Part shown: positions 51,642-64,000 of the stretch, one piece after another
Position numbering within the stretch: position 1 is the first letter of the stretch
Layout of the letters: every line of letters starts with the position of its first letter
Assembly: GCA_964016885.1 (NCBI GenBank)
Contig: OZ024757.1
Coordinates: 29,388,001-29,452,000, forward strand
Direction of reading: 5' to 3'
Length of the DNA stretch: 64,000 nt
From: Eledone cirrhosa
Lineage: Eukaryota
The notes under the pieces: generated by a model
What the model was told of the DNA's origin: nothing
What the model saw: the letters and a program-made list of their open reading frames with translations, nothing else
Database searches by the model: none
Program-made: the position numbers and the translations under genes

Positions 51642-53108
51642 TTTCTTTATTTATTTTAATAATAATAATAATAATAGTAATGATAATAATAATAAAATGA
51701 CAATAATAACAATAAATATTATTGTTATTGTTTTCAATATATTTACTTTGATTCTTATTATACAGTTAATTCTTCCTCGTCGTTTAGTTGGTGCTAGGTG
51801 ATAATTGAAATGAAAAATATTACAATGAATCAAAGTACACCCAGCCACCAATGAAATTCTTTAGATTATTTCACCAAGACGATTTCGAAGCCAAAGATCA
51901 GATCATTCCTTGCAATTGCGCAGTGTTCGATGTTTATCAGGTTAAGTCACCTAAAATATATGCATATCTTCAGCATCTATAGCTGCATCTCATGCCGTGT
52001 ATGACTGTCTGGTATCACACATATAGCAACAAGACGGCATTGTCGTTTACAATCCTCTTCTTAATAACCTACCGTGTCTGTTACCCGACAGGTATGAGAT
52101 ACGGCACGTAGAGGCCGGGACATGTGCATCTATATTGAAGAGTGACTACACCGTTGTATGACTTTTAGACAGCGATCACCAGCATTCAAGCCGGATGTTA
52201 AAACTGTAAATTCTAGAGATAAGAGAAACACTATTTAACCTCCTTCACTCCCTACGGATTCTTATATACTTTATATGAGGTGCAAAGAATAATATTCTAG
52301 AGGATCAGATACATAATATATTTTAATAGACATACGTTATCCGAATAAAAAGTAACTTAGAGATAAACCAATTCAACAATTCACAAAGACGTGAAAGGAT
52401 CCAATGAATTCCAGATTTGAATTGCTTTAATCCTGCTGTTTGTATAAGGCGCATAAGTTGGCATATATATATATATATATATATATTAATGACTGTTTGA
52501 TACATATATATTAATTACTGTTTGATATATATATATATATTAATTACAGTTTGATATATATTTATATTAATTAAAATGTCACATATATATATATACACAT
52601 AGTGCAATGGAAATCAGATGTTAAAAATGGTAGCACTTACTATATTATATCTAGTACATTTCTATTTTAAATCGAAAGACTGGTACAAAGTGAATATTAC
52701 TTCTCATGGGAAATACAAACATAAGCGATAACAAATATGACAAAATTTGACACGCTGAAGTTACAGCTAAATAATCAGCATAATACATTGAATGAAAGAT
52801 ATATACATACAGATATATGTCTATATAAGATTACTATTGTGACTGGAACGTTATGATATACGTTATACGTATTCGACGATTAACATTCTCCAATGAAATA
52901 ATAACGTCCAACAAAACAATCAATACTTCAAACGTTAAAGAAAATGTAATTTAAAATCAAAACCTAAAACTGAAAATCTCATTCACCGAGGAAAACATAA
53001 CTTTGAAATTGAAGCAAGCAAGAAGCCACGTATATTTCCTTCCTACCTAGCGTTTTGCAAATAAATACCTCAATATAAATATGGATATTAGTACGAATAT
53101 ACATATAA

Positions 53109-53174
<66 letters not shown>

Positions 53175-53175
<1 letters not shown>

Positions 53176-53340
53176 ATTACTCACCAGAGTACTCGATACT
53201 TAGGCAGTAGAGTGGGTAATATGAAAAAAGCAGGACACCGACGGCTGAGCTCCGGCTGTTTCAACAGCTAGATTCGAACTGGTGTTCGGATCTAGCTATT
53301 TAAATGGCCGGAGCTCAGCCATCCGGGTCCTTAATTTTTC
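53175..53340. mobile_element. Family B element with hairpin (53223-53340) between (TA)n tracts
   Basis: gtactcgatacttaggcagtagagtgggtaat plus inverted arms ggctgagctccggc...cagctagattcgaac / gttcggatctagct...gccggagctcagcc. Confidence 0.8.
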
Positions 53341-53345
53341 AGATT

Positions 53346-53413
<68 letters not shown>

Positions 53414-54238
53414 TATATATCTGTATATATATAAATATGTGTGTGTGTACCTGTGTGTGTAACTTTATCAGCACGAAAAACAAAACAATGATAAGAAAGT
53501 CAAAATGAGATGGCGGTAGCAGCGTGTTTTGCGCAGTCTGTCAATTTGGAAAGGAGGTGAAATTGACGACACTCTAAAGTACTGAAGTACGTAACCATTT
53601 TCATGTGTTCTCGTCACGTCTGGTGATGTCTCGTCACGTCTCGTCTTGCTTCATCTTGTCTCCATTCATATTCCCATCCATCATATCACTTTAAAAACTT
53701 ATCCTACACATTCCAACCATCATACACACACAACACCAGACAACTTTATTAGTTTCCTGCTCTAATAATTTTCTTTTTCAATCCACTGGTTCCTAAATAT
53801 GACATGTTTGCATGCATGTATGTTCGTAGAGATAGATATACTTTTTTCATTCAGAAATATATTTACTATTAATTCTTCCGAGCACGTAAATGTTTTGCAG
53901 TTACTACACACATACAAAAAAATGGTGACAGTCTACATTGAATTGTGAAGAAAGGTAATTCATTCAAAGCAAAGAAATCTTCTATTGACAACTTTTCTTA
54001 TCTTTTGTCTTTTTCCTTTATCTTTCTAACACAATATCTTTCATAGTTATACTGATTACAATTCCGTGCTTCGATACGATTCTTTATCATTCGACTATAA
54101 CAATCTGTCTCGCAGCAACATTTCCTGAGATCGGTGTTTATATATATATATACATACCGTATATACACGCATATAATATATATACGTATATATATATATA
54201 TATATATATATATACGTATATATATATATATATATACG

Positions 54239-54270
<32 letters not shown>

Positions 54271-54289
54271 CATGCATACATACACAGAC

Positions 54290-54323
<34 letters not shown>

Positions 54324-54521
54324 CGTAAATTAGCTGTTGTGAGATACATACTATATATCTATGTTTCACAGGACGAGAACGTTATGTAATAAAGTACCTG
54401 CGTACGTGCAGTAGAGGGATAATTTATTCTATATTATTAAGCATCGGCTCCTCGTATATTTGTTATAAAATAACATCTATCTATTTACCTATATATACGT
54501 AATATATATATACACACACAG

Positions 54522-54570
<49 letters not shown>

Positions 54571-54599
54571 AATGTCTATATATATATATACACACACAC

Positions 54600-54667
<68 letters not shown>

Positions 54668-54929
54668 AATGTCTATATATATATATATTTATATATAATA
54701 AAAAGTGATCTAGAGCATTCAACGTAGATAGATTTTGTTAAGTTAGGTGTACACAATGTTATTGCATTTGGAAATCTTATCTTATCATGTAATCTATATA
54801 TCTATATATCATTAACGGTTTTAGGCGTTAAGCATGATATTATCTGTATTTTTCTTCCTTCTTCATGCTCATCATTAATACTACTACTAATATTACTATT
54901 ATACTTTGTTTCTTTCTTATAAGAATCCG

Positions 54930-55130
54930 TTTGTAACGCGATGACGTGGCTAATGAACCACTGACGCGGACCTACCATTACCACTCTCCAGCTGGTAATG
55001 AGCGGCTAAATTACAAGACGGCCCATTATAAAAGAACGCTAGACTTGTTATATATTTTCTTAACGACTATCGTGTACAGAGACTCTTCCAGCCACTGACT
55101 AAGATGTTCAATTGAGAGAGAGAGTGAGTG
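54930..55130 (+). promoter_or_regulatory. Candidate Pol II promoter
   Basis: CpG-enriched unique patch with TGACGTGG (54942-54949), TGACG (54962), CAGCTG (54989), TATAAAAG (55027-55034) and a possible donor GTGAGT at 55124. Confidence 0.3.
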
Positions 55131-55428
55131 AGAAACACTATATATATATATATATATTTAAGTGTGTGTGTGTATATATATACGTGCATACACATACAAG
55201 TGCACACGCATATATATATAATTGAAATCATCTTGTCTTCAACAACGTGTTTTCGTTAGTTTTCAATGCTTTTAAAACCGACATGTCATACCTCTGGCAC
55301 TAGTGGTAATCATGTATGTAAGGATAACTTACATTACTATATGCACTGTAATTACATAATTATACACGTAAATGTTCACACACGCACATATATATATCTA
55401 TCTATGTATGTGTACCCCTCTCTCTCTC

Positions 55429-55481
<53 letters not shown>

Positions 55482-56394
55482 TGTGTGACCGTTTGTGAGT
55501 GTTTATGCGTGTATGGGTGTGTGTCTTCAGTTTTGAGATTGGGGATAAGTGTTTGGAACATTTGATTTTAATTTACTTCCACCTCAACATAAAATATACT
55601 CTGGTCATATAATATTCTTCATTCAATAGATTACGCTCAATAAAGTTTTCTCTTATCAGGATAAGCTAGTATTTAATCAAAATGTACAAGGTCTAGTAAT
55701 AAAATATATTTTATATTAAGATTTGACCATATTATGCCAATACACTACATTTATAGATACAGTAAATGTTCTTCAGAAAGACATATATTTGTATGATATA
55801 TCGCTCTATATATTTTATAAACCATAGTAGAAAAAATAAATAAATAAGAACCAAGACTATACACAATTATATTTATATGGTTTTTGGGGTGGAAATTTAG
55901 CTTTATTCACATCATTGTTATCAGTATATAGTTTGTAGTTTTGAAAATTGCGGTGATGGTGACGATGGTGGTGTTGGTATGCTACTTTCACTTTCACTAT
56001 CACATTATTTAGCAGTCTATTATGTACTGATGTCACCCACCAAGAATATTCATGAATAGGAGCGGTGTTTGATCCACTGGAGTATACTCAATAACTGTTC
56101 AAAGCTACAAAATGAACATTAGATTCTTGCTGAACTTCTCTTCTGATTTATTCGTCTATGTTGTCAACTTTTGCAGTAAAATTGTTTCTAATCGGGTTAG
56201 AAAGAGAATTCTCTTTAAAAGCAAAATAAATAATGGTTAATGCAAGTGGATTTTCGTGTAAATATGTCACTTACAAAATAGCAACAGAAAACGAAAGAAA
56301 AATAACATATCAAATTTTAAAATGAGTTATCAGATGGTTGTTGCTTTAGTTTCAATAATAAATTATATTTTTCCTTCAATTATATATATATACA

Positions 56395-56397
56395 CAC

Positions 56398-56445
<48 letters not shown>

Positions 56446-56896
56446 TATACATAAATATATATATATATATATATATACATAAATATATATATATATATAT
56501 ATATACATAAATATATATATATATATATATACATAAATATATATATATATACATAAATACATACATATATACATACATACATACATATACATATATATAT
56601 AAATAAATACATATATATATATATATATAAATAAATACATATATATATATATATATACATAAATACATATATATATATATACATAAATACATATGCATAT
56701 ATATATACATAAATATATACATATATATATATACATAAATACATGTATAAATATATATATATACATAAATATATACATATATATATACATAAATACATGT
56801 ATAAATATATATATATATACATAAATACATATATATATATATATATATACATAAATACATATATATATGTATATACATAAATACATATATATATAC

Positions 56897-56945
<49 letters not shown>

Positions 56946-56948
56946 TAA

Positions 56949-57002
<54 letters not shown>

Positions 57003-57013
57003 TATATAGATAA

Positions 57014-57056
<43 letters not shown>

Positions 57057-57093
57057 TAAATACATATATATATATATATATATAAATACATAT

Positions 57094-57146
<53 letters not shown>

Positions 57147-57147
57147 C

Positions 57148-57182
<35 letters not shown>

Positions 57183-57281
57183 AATACATATATATATATA
57201 TATATACATATATACATAAATACATATATATATATATATATACATATATACATAAATACATATATATATATATATACATAA

Positions 57282-57328
<47 letters not shown>

Positions 57329-57960
57329 CATAAATACATATATATATATACATATACATAAATACATACATAAATACATATATATATATACATATATATA
57401 AATACATACATATATATACATAAATACATACATATATATATACACATATACATAAATACATACATATAGATATACATATACATAAATACATACATATATA
57501 TATACATATACATAAATACATACATATATATATATATATATATACATACATAAATACATATATTTATACATATACATAAATACATATATATATATGTATA
57601 TATATATATGTATATATACATATATATCTATCTATGTATATATATATATGTATATATATATGTATATATATGTGTATATATGTATGTATATATGTTATAT
57701 ATATATGTATATATATATGTGTGTATATATATATATGTATATATACATATATGTATGTATATATATATATGTGTATGTATATATATATGTATATATATGT
57801 GTGTGTATGTATGTATGTGTGTATATATATATATATATATATGCACATATATATATAAATGTATATACACATATATATATATATATATATATACATATAC
57901 ATATGGGTATATATATATATATACATGTAAATGTGTGTATATATATGTGTGTGTCTTTAT
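56395..57960. repeat. About 1.5-kb compound (TA)n/(TACATAAA) microsatellite
   Basis: Source of the spurious 390-410 aa Y/I-rich ORFs. Confidence 0.95.
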
Positions 57961-58141
57961 CTGTGTGTGTGCGAACCTGCGTACGTGTGTGTGTGTGCGT
58001 GCTTGTGCGTATATGGGTATGTATGTAAGCTTTATGTATATATATTCCATCTTGTGTTTAAACAATCTATCCTGTTGACACCAATTCTCGCCACCAAATG
58101 TGTTCGTGAGTAAAAGTGATTATTTTTTTACGCTTTCTGTT

Positions 58142-58252
58142 TTACTAAATCCTATATACATACATACATATATACATAAATACATACATACATATTTGCA
58201 TACATATGTATAGCTCAACGCATGCATTCATACATACTTACTAAATCCTATA

Positions 58253-58286
<34 letters not shown>

Positions 58287-58450
58287 CATAAATACATACA
58301 TACATATTTGCATACATATGTATAGCTCAATGCATGCATTCATACATACTTACTAAATCCTATATACATACATACATATATACATAAATACATACATACA
58401 TATTTGCATACATATGTATAGCTCAATGCATGCATTCATACATACTTACT
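58142..58450. repeat. Three tandem copies of an about 100-bp unit
   Basis: ttactaaatcctatatacatac...tttgcatacatatgtatagctcaa(c/t)gcatgcattcatacatac x3. Confidence 0.9.
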
Positions 58451-58644
58451 GGTTGTTTACTAAGACTGATTCTCAGATATTGAAAAAATGAATATGAACA
58501 ACCTTATCGTGGTAGCAAAAATTTTGACAAAGTAGACATAGATTACCAAAGTGAAATCGTGATAATGAAATGAAAATATTTCCCATAATCTAAATTTATT
58601 TCATCTCATTATTTCTATTCAAATTTCTACGTATTCATACTTAC

Positions 58645-58773
58645 ATAGTTACCAAAGACATTTATATTGTGAAACTACAAGCACATTTACACATCCTCCA
58701 TCTGTCTGCGTCCATACATTCTCTGTTGTTATCTGTTCGATAAATTCGTCTCCACTTTTCACACTTTTTCCAT
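58645..58773 (-). CDS. Possible exon of a small cysteine-rich peptide (unconfirmed)
   Basis: Minus strand (tg)n-tacAG acceptor and GTAAGT donor bound 129 nt. One frame reads WKKCEKWRRIYRTDNNRECMDADRWRMCKCACSFTI*. No partner exon found. Confidence 0.25.
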
Positions 58774-58775
58774 CT

Positions 58776-58835
<60 letters not shown>

Positions 58836-59082
58836 CCACATATATAATATATATATATAAACACAAACACACACACACGAACACACACCCATATATATAT
58901 ACATATGCGTGGGTGTATATCTGCATATTCTTCATCGCATTAATTTCACTCATTAGTTTATTCGTTATATCAAATTTCCTACGTACATACATACATACAT
59001 AAATAAATACACACATACCTTCACTCATACTTACATAAGTATACACCCACACACATACACTCACACACACACACACACACAC

Positions 59083-59129
<47 letters not shown>

Positions 59130-59669
59130 TCTATCTGAACTGATACTGATATATATATATGTTTATATATAAATGTATCGGAAGTGATATATATATATAT
59201 ATATCAGTCCGGAGGAATTTTTCCATTTTCATAAATGTAGATGTTTCATTGTCATGTCGTATTCATGTATTGGCGTTTTGAGTAAAGCATTTCGTCAAGT
59301 AGATTATATTTCTTTCTAAATTTCTCTCAAGAGGTCACTTCGTTCGTCTTCCCAAGGTATACGAATTTTATTCCAAGTTGCGAATTTTTCATGAAGTATA
59401 TCTGCCAATATAGATTATCCAAACCCTGTTTTTCCTTTTACTGTTTCATTTGCAGATATATTTACTTCGATAGACGTCGTCATTGCACCGTGGGTGTCAG
59501 TATTTATTGGTCCCTTTTGTGCAAGAATATATAATCTTAGTAGATTCTATAACTTTATTCTCTATTCCAAACATAAGAAACAAAAAAAAAAACAGAAAAG
59601 AAAATGAAAAAAACCTCAAGATGAATTTTCTCAAAACGTAAACCTTGTTTCTCAATGTTTTCTACTAGG

Positions 59670-59702
<33 letters not shown>

Positions 59703-59713
59703 TAAACATTACA

Positions 59714-59746
<33 letters not shown>

Positions 59747-60031
59747 GCATAAACATTACATATATGTGTATATTCATTTATATATATATGTGTATATATA
59801 TATATAATATATATGTGTATATATATATGTATATTCTTTTATATATATATAAACATTACATATTTGTGTATATATATATATATAACATATATATATGAAT
59901 ATATATATATATATATGTGTGTATATATATATATAATATATATGTGTATATATATATGTATATTCTTTTATATATATATATAAACATTACATATTTGTGT
60001 ATATATATATATATATATAACATATATATAT

Positions 60032-60153
<122 letters not shown>

Positions 60154-60393
60154 GCAGCGAGGGTAAACTTTTGTTATTAGTCTCAGTAATAACCTAATAA
60201 CCCTTCGTTACAACCAGGATTTAACATCTATTAATTAACAATAAGTATGCATCTAATATTTACGAAAACACTGGGAGTAGCTTTACATCCTTATTTTGGC
60301 CTAAGTATATATATATATATATATATATAGTATATTAGAGAGAGGATCAGGGGTGTATAACACTCCACTTATCCAACAGGCAGTATAAGGTTA

Positions 60394-60443
60394 TACTCTG
60401 ATGAGTCCCACTTATAGTGCGGATGAAACAATGTTAGCAAGTA
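60394..60443 (+). ncRNA. Hammerhead motif with an imperfect stem I, in a short element between (TA)n tracts (about 60335-60482)
   Basis: tact-CTGATGA-GTCC CACT tat AGTG c GGAT-GAAAC-aat-GTT-agcaagta. Confidence 0.6.
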
Positions 60444-60479
60444 AAGATATGCATATGCCATAGGCGTTCTTTGTTATTG

Positions 60480-60565
<86 letters not shown>

Positions 60566-60566
60566 A

Positions 60567-60782
60567 CGGCGATGTATTGTCCAGAATTGATAGAGCATCA
60601 GATGAAATCCTAATGCCGTTTTTGATCTGGTTCTTCGCATTCTAATTTCAAATCTCGCCAAGTTCAACTTTGACTTTCATCCTTTCGGGGTCGATAAAAT
60701 AAAGTACCAGTCACGTATTGAGGTTGATTTAATCAACTTTATCCTTCTCCAAAATTTGATGGCCTAATGCCGAAATAGAAAT
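60567..60782 (+). mobile_element. SINE family A (diverged)
   Basis: ttcaaatctcgcc...ctttcatcctttcggggtcgataaaataaagtaccagtcacg. Confidence 0.8.
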
Positions 60783-61543
60783 TAATATATATATAATATA
60801 TATGTCTATATATACCTTATTTTATTTAACTGTTTATTATTTATGACATCTTTAAGGATGCATCCAATCTAAAAAGAAATGGTGAGCATCCTGTATGCAG
60901 TCAACAAATTTTGGAATTACACGTTTGAATAGAATAAATAGTTGTTCATGATTGAAATTTACTTTTGCTTTACATACATTATAATTGAGTGCTTGTGTTG
61001 TGTTTGTGTTTTTGTGTGTATGTTTGTCTCTGTTTGTGTGTTTTTGCATATATATATATATACGGTAGTGTATGACTGCGTGCACATTCATGCATACACA
61101 TTATATATCTCATCTGCTCTCAACATAAATAGTATCTATATTAAATATGTATATTCACAAATACAAGGAAACCCAGTGTACCTATTAATGCTACAATTTT
61201 TCCATATTTCGTATTCGTATTGTCAAAGATATATCATGTTTCTTCCAAGATATTATTGGCTGGTGAATATAGGAAATGCTTCTCGAGAGCGTAAGACACA
61301 AACTTAGAAATTGGAAAACCTTAAATTTCTTAGAATAAGCTAAAACACCCGAGGCATATTACTGCATAATGCATCAACCCTGTAGATTTGAAATGTGAGT
61401 ATGTGTGGTGTGTAAAATTTATAAAGAATCGTAGTTACAATGACTTAGATCGTATTACTGAACATTTCAGCTAATTCAGGCACCATCTTTGTGCAAATGC
61501 ATTCTAAATTCTCAAAGGACATTCTATCTATCTATCTATCTAC

Positions 61544-61671
<128 letters not shown>

Positions 61672-62347
61672 TAGATAGATAGATAATGCTTTCATTATAC
61701 CTGTATTATAGGGACATATGCAAATGTTAATAAATGTATATACTCTTTATAAAGATTGCATAGAATAAAATACGAATGTAATATAATAACGACTGAAAAT
61801 ATCAACCATAAATATATAGATAGAAAAATATCAAAATATAAATAATTGAAAATTGCATAAGGAATAAACAAAATTTGGTATAACTCAATGTACTTTAGTA
61901 GAAATTGAAAAGAAAAAAATATATATAAGGGAAATAAGATTATAGAAGCAAGTAATGGAAGTTATTGTTGTGTAGAATGTGTGTCAGAAGTTAAAAGCCG
62001 GAAAGAGAGAAAAGTGAAAAGGCAGCAAGGAAGCATTGTGAGGCATAGAAATGACGCGCGAGAGAGAGATGGAAGACTGAGAGAGATAGAGGGAAAAAGA
62101 AAGGGTGTATTTAACTGAAAAGGAGAGTTTGGTTTATGAGTGAGATATATGTAAACGGGGTTCGGAAGTAGACAAGTAAACAAAGAGGTATATGAACACC
62201 ATTTTGAAAAGTGATGTGATGGAGTGGTAGGAGAGTATTTGAAACGGAAAAACGGAAAGAGATGGATGGAAATATATTAAGATAGGTTAGGTTATGATGG
62301 CGTGAGGTAGAGATTAAAGAAAGAAAAATAGAAGAGTGAGGACGAAA

Positions 62348-62518
62348 GTGAGACTATGTTTGTGTGAAAGATAGGAGATGGTTAGAGAGAGGAGAAAGAT
62401 ATATATAGAGAAATAGATGGACGTCAGTTAAGAGAGATGTGTGACAGAAATAAAGACAGGGACAAATGTGAGACTATGGTTGTGTGAAAGGAGGGAGATG
62501 GCTAGAGAGGGGAGAAAG

Positions 62519-62551
<33 letters not shown>

Positions 62552-62600
62552 TAGATGGACGTGAGTTAAGAGAGATGTATGACGGAATTAAAGATAGAGC
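62348..62600. repeat. Tandem duplication of about 120 bp in a GA-rich region
   Basis: gtgagactatg.ttgtgtgaaag...ggagatgg.tagagag.ggagaaagatatata...atagatggacgt.agttaagagagatgt x2. Confidence 0.85.
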
Positions 62601-62902
62601 GAGAACTTTATTAACAGGTATGGTGGTTATGCATCAATGTCCAAGAGTTGCGATAAATTATCAGCAAACAAGAAGGGAACTGACTGTGTGAAACGAAGCA
62701 ATAAGGTTATCTGAAAACATAAATATTGAAGATGCACGAAAGGACGTCTCTGTCTGACTATGAAAATGTAAGTACACATTACAAAGAACGCACTCAATAT
62801 GTGACGACATGTGGTGTACGGTATACGTCTATACATACATAATATGTCACATATATATATATATAGTACGAACTTACATTTGCGTCATATAAAGGAGTGT
62901 AT

Positions 62903-62960
<58 letters not shown>

Positions 62961-64000
62961 TATATATATATATAACGGAGTGCGTATTCTCACATCTCAC
63001 AAAAAACACACACATACAATCGCAAATACACATATATATATATGTATGTCCGTATATCTATATAATTTGAAACATAATCAACCTATAAAAGAGACAAAAC
63101 CTTTTTTTTTTAAATAACAAAACAGCTGACATATGTGTAATGCGTAAAGTGACAGAGAGCGCTAACTTGCTCTGGCGATTACCTCCATTTAATGCTTGAT
63201 GTTCCATAGTTATAATAGTTATATATCTATATCTATATCATATAAATAACCATATATATCAACTATATATCAATATCTATATATATCTATATTGTAATGA
63301 AACAAGTGAGTGTAGAACAAGTAAAAATTTGAAAAAAAATTATATATCTATATCTATATCCCAATAATAATATCAATATATTTACATATCTATAAAAATG
63401 AATTGTTGCGTATTAGAAAATGCATAGTTATGTGAGCGTTTAGTGACGCTGTCAGAGTATATATTGTACACACGAATATACGTACATATTCGTGTTTATG
63501 TACATATATATATATATATTCTGTATTACTGTATGCTTAAATATAGAAGGTCCTATGTTAATATGGTGATTAAGTTTACATCTAGCTATTTCTGTGTATC
63601 TTACGCATATACATATGTTTCTGTATGACAAAGCTATTCCCGATTGAACACATCTATACTTAACAAAAATATTTAGATGGGTATAATATAATACTTATCT
63701 ATAATAACAGCAATTGCACACACACATGCCCATAGACATGTACGTATGTATATATATATCATCAAGTATACATATATTTTGATGCATATATGCATATATG
63801 CATGCATATATGTATATAATAAAATGTCTATGTATATATATAATTATAATCCCTATTATATAACAATATATGCATATATACATATATATATATATTTACA
63901 TCTACAATGTTGTTTTGTATATATATATATATATATTTGGAAATCAATATCGTGAATTTAATATCAGTCGCCTACAGTGTACCCTACATGTATTTCGACA

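Noticed and set aside
56376-57621. 390-413 aa ORFs and all other YI/IY/CV/TH-rich ORFs in the track
   Set aside because: They are translations of (TA)n, (TG)n and (CA)n microsatellites, which lack stop codons by composition.
62618-62767. Exon-like segment on + (ttaacAG ... GTAAGT)
   Set aside because: All three frames contain stops. At best a non-coding exon, with no further evidence.

Overview
AT-rich, microsatellite-saturated eukaryotic DNA. The SINE, RTE and (TA)n/(TATG)n/(AAT)n content suggests a coleoid cephalopod, probably an octopod; this is inference. Almost all ORFs in the supplied track are artefacts of (TA)n, (TG)n, (GA)n and triplet repeats. One protein-coding gene is well supported: a + strand, 12-cysteine, probably GPI-anchored Ly6/uPAR (three-finger, LYPD6-like) gene. 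It has exons at 26195-26329 and 42901-43157 joined by a 16,571-bp phase-1 GT-AG intron. I could not find its signal-peptide exon. The rest is mobile-element debris: more than 20 copies of a tRNA-derived SINE, a second CORE-like SINE, RTE and L1/Tx1-like LINE 3' ends, three bipartite non-autonomous RTE-like elements, hAT and Tc1/pogo MITEs, a 25-bp minisatellite with higher-order structure, and local duplications. The most unusual signal is about ten hammerhead-ribozyme cores (CUGANGA...GAAAC/GAAAU) from several unrelated short families. They mostly abut (TA)n tracts and often lie in long foldback (inverted) repeats in which only one arm keeps an intact core. This fits Penelope-like-element pLTR or retrozyme remnants. 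Repeat boundaries are approximate and were read by eye.
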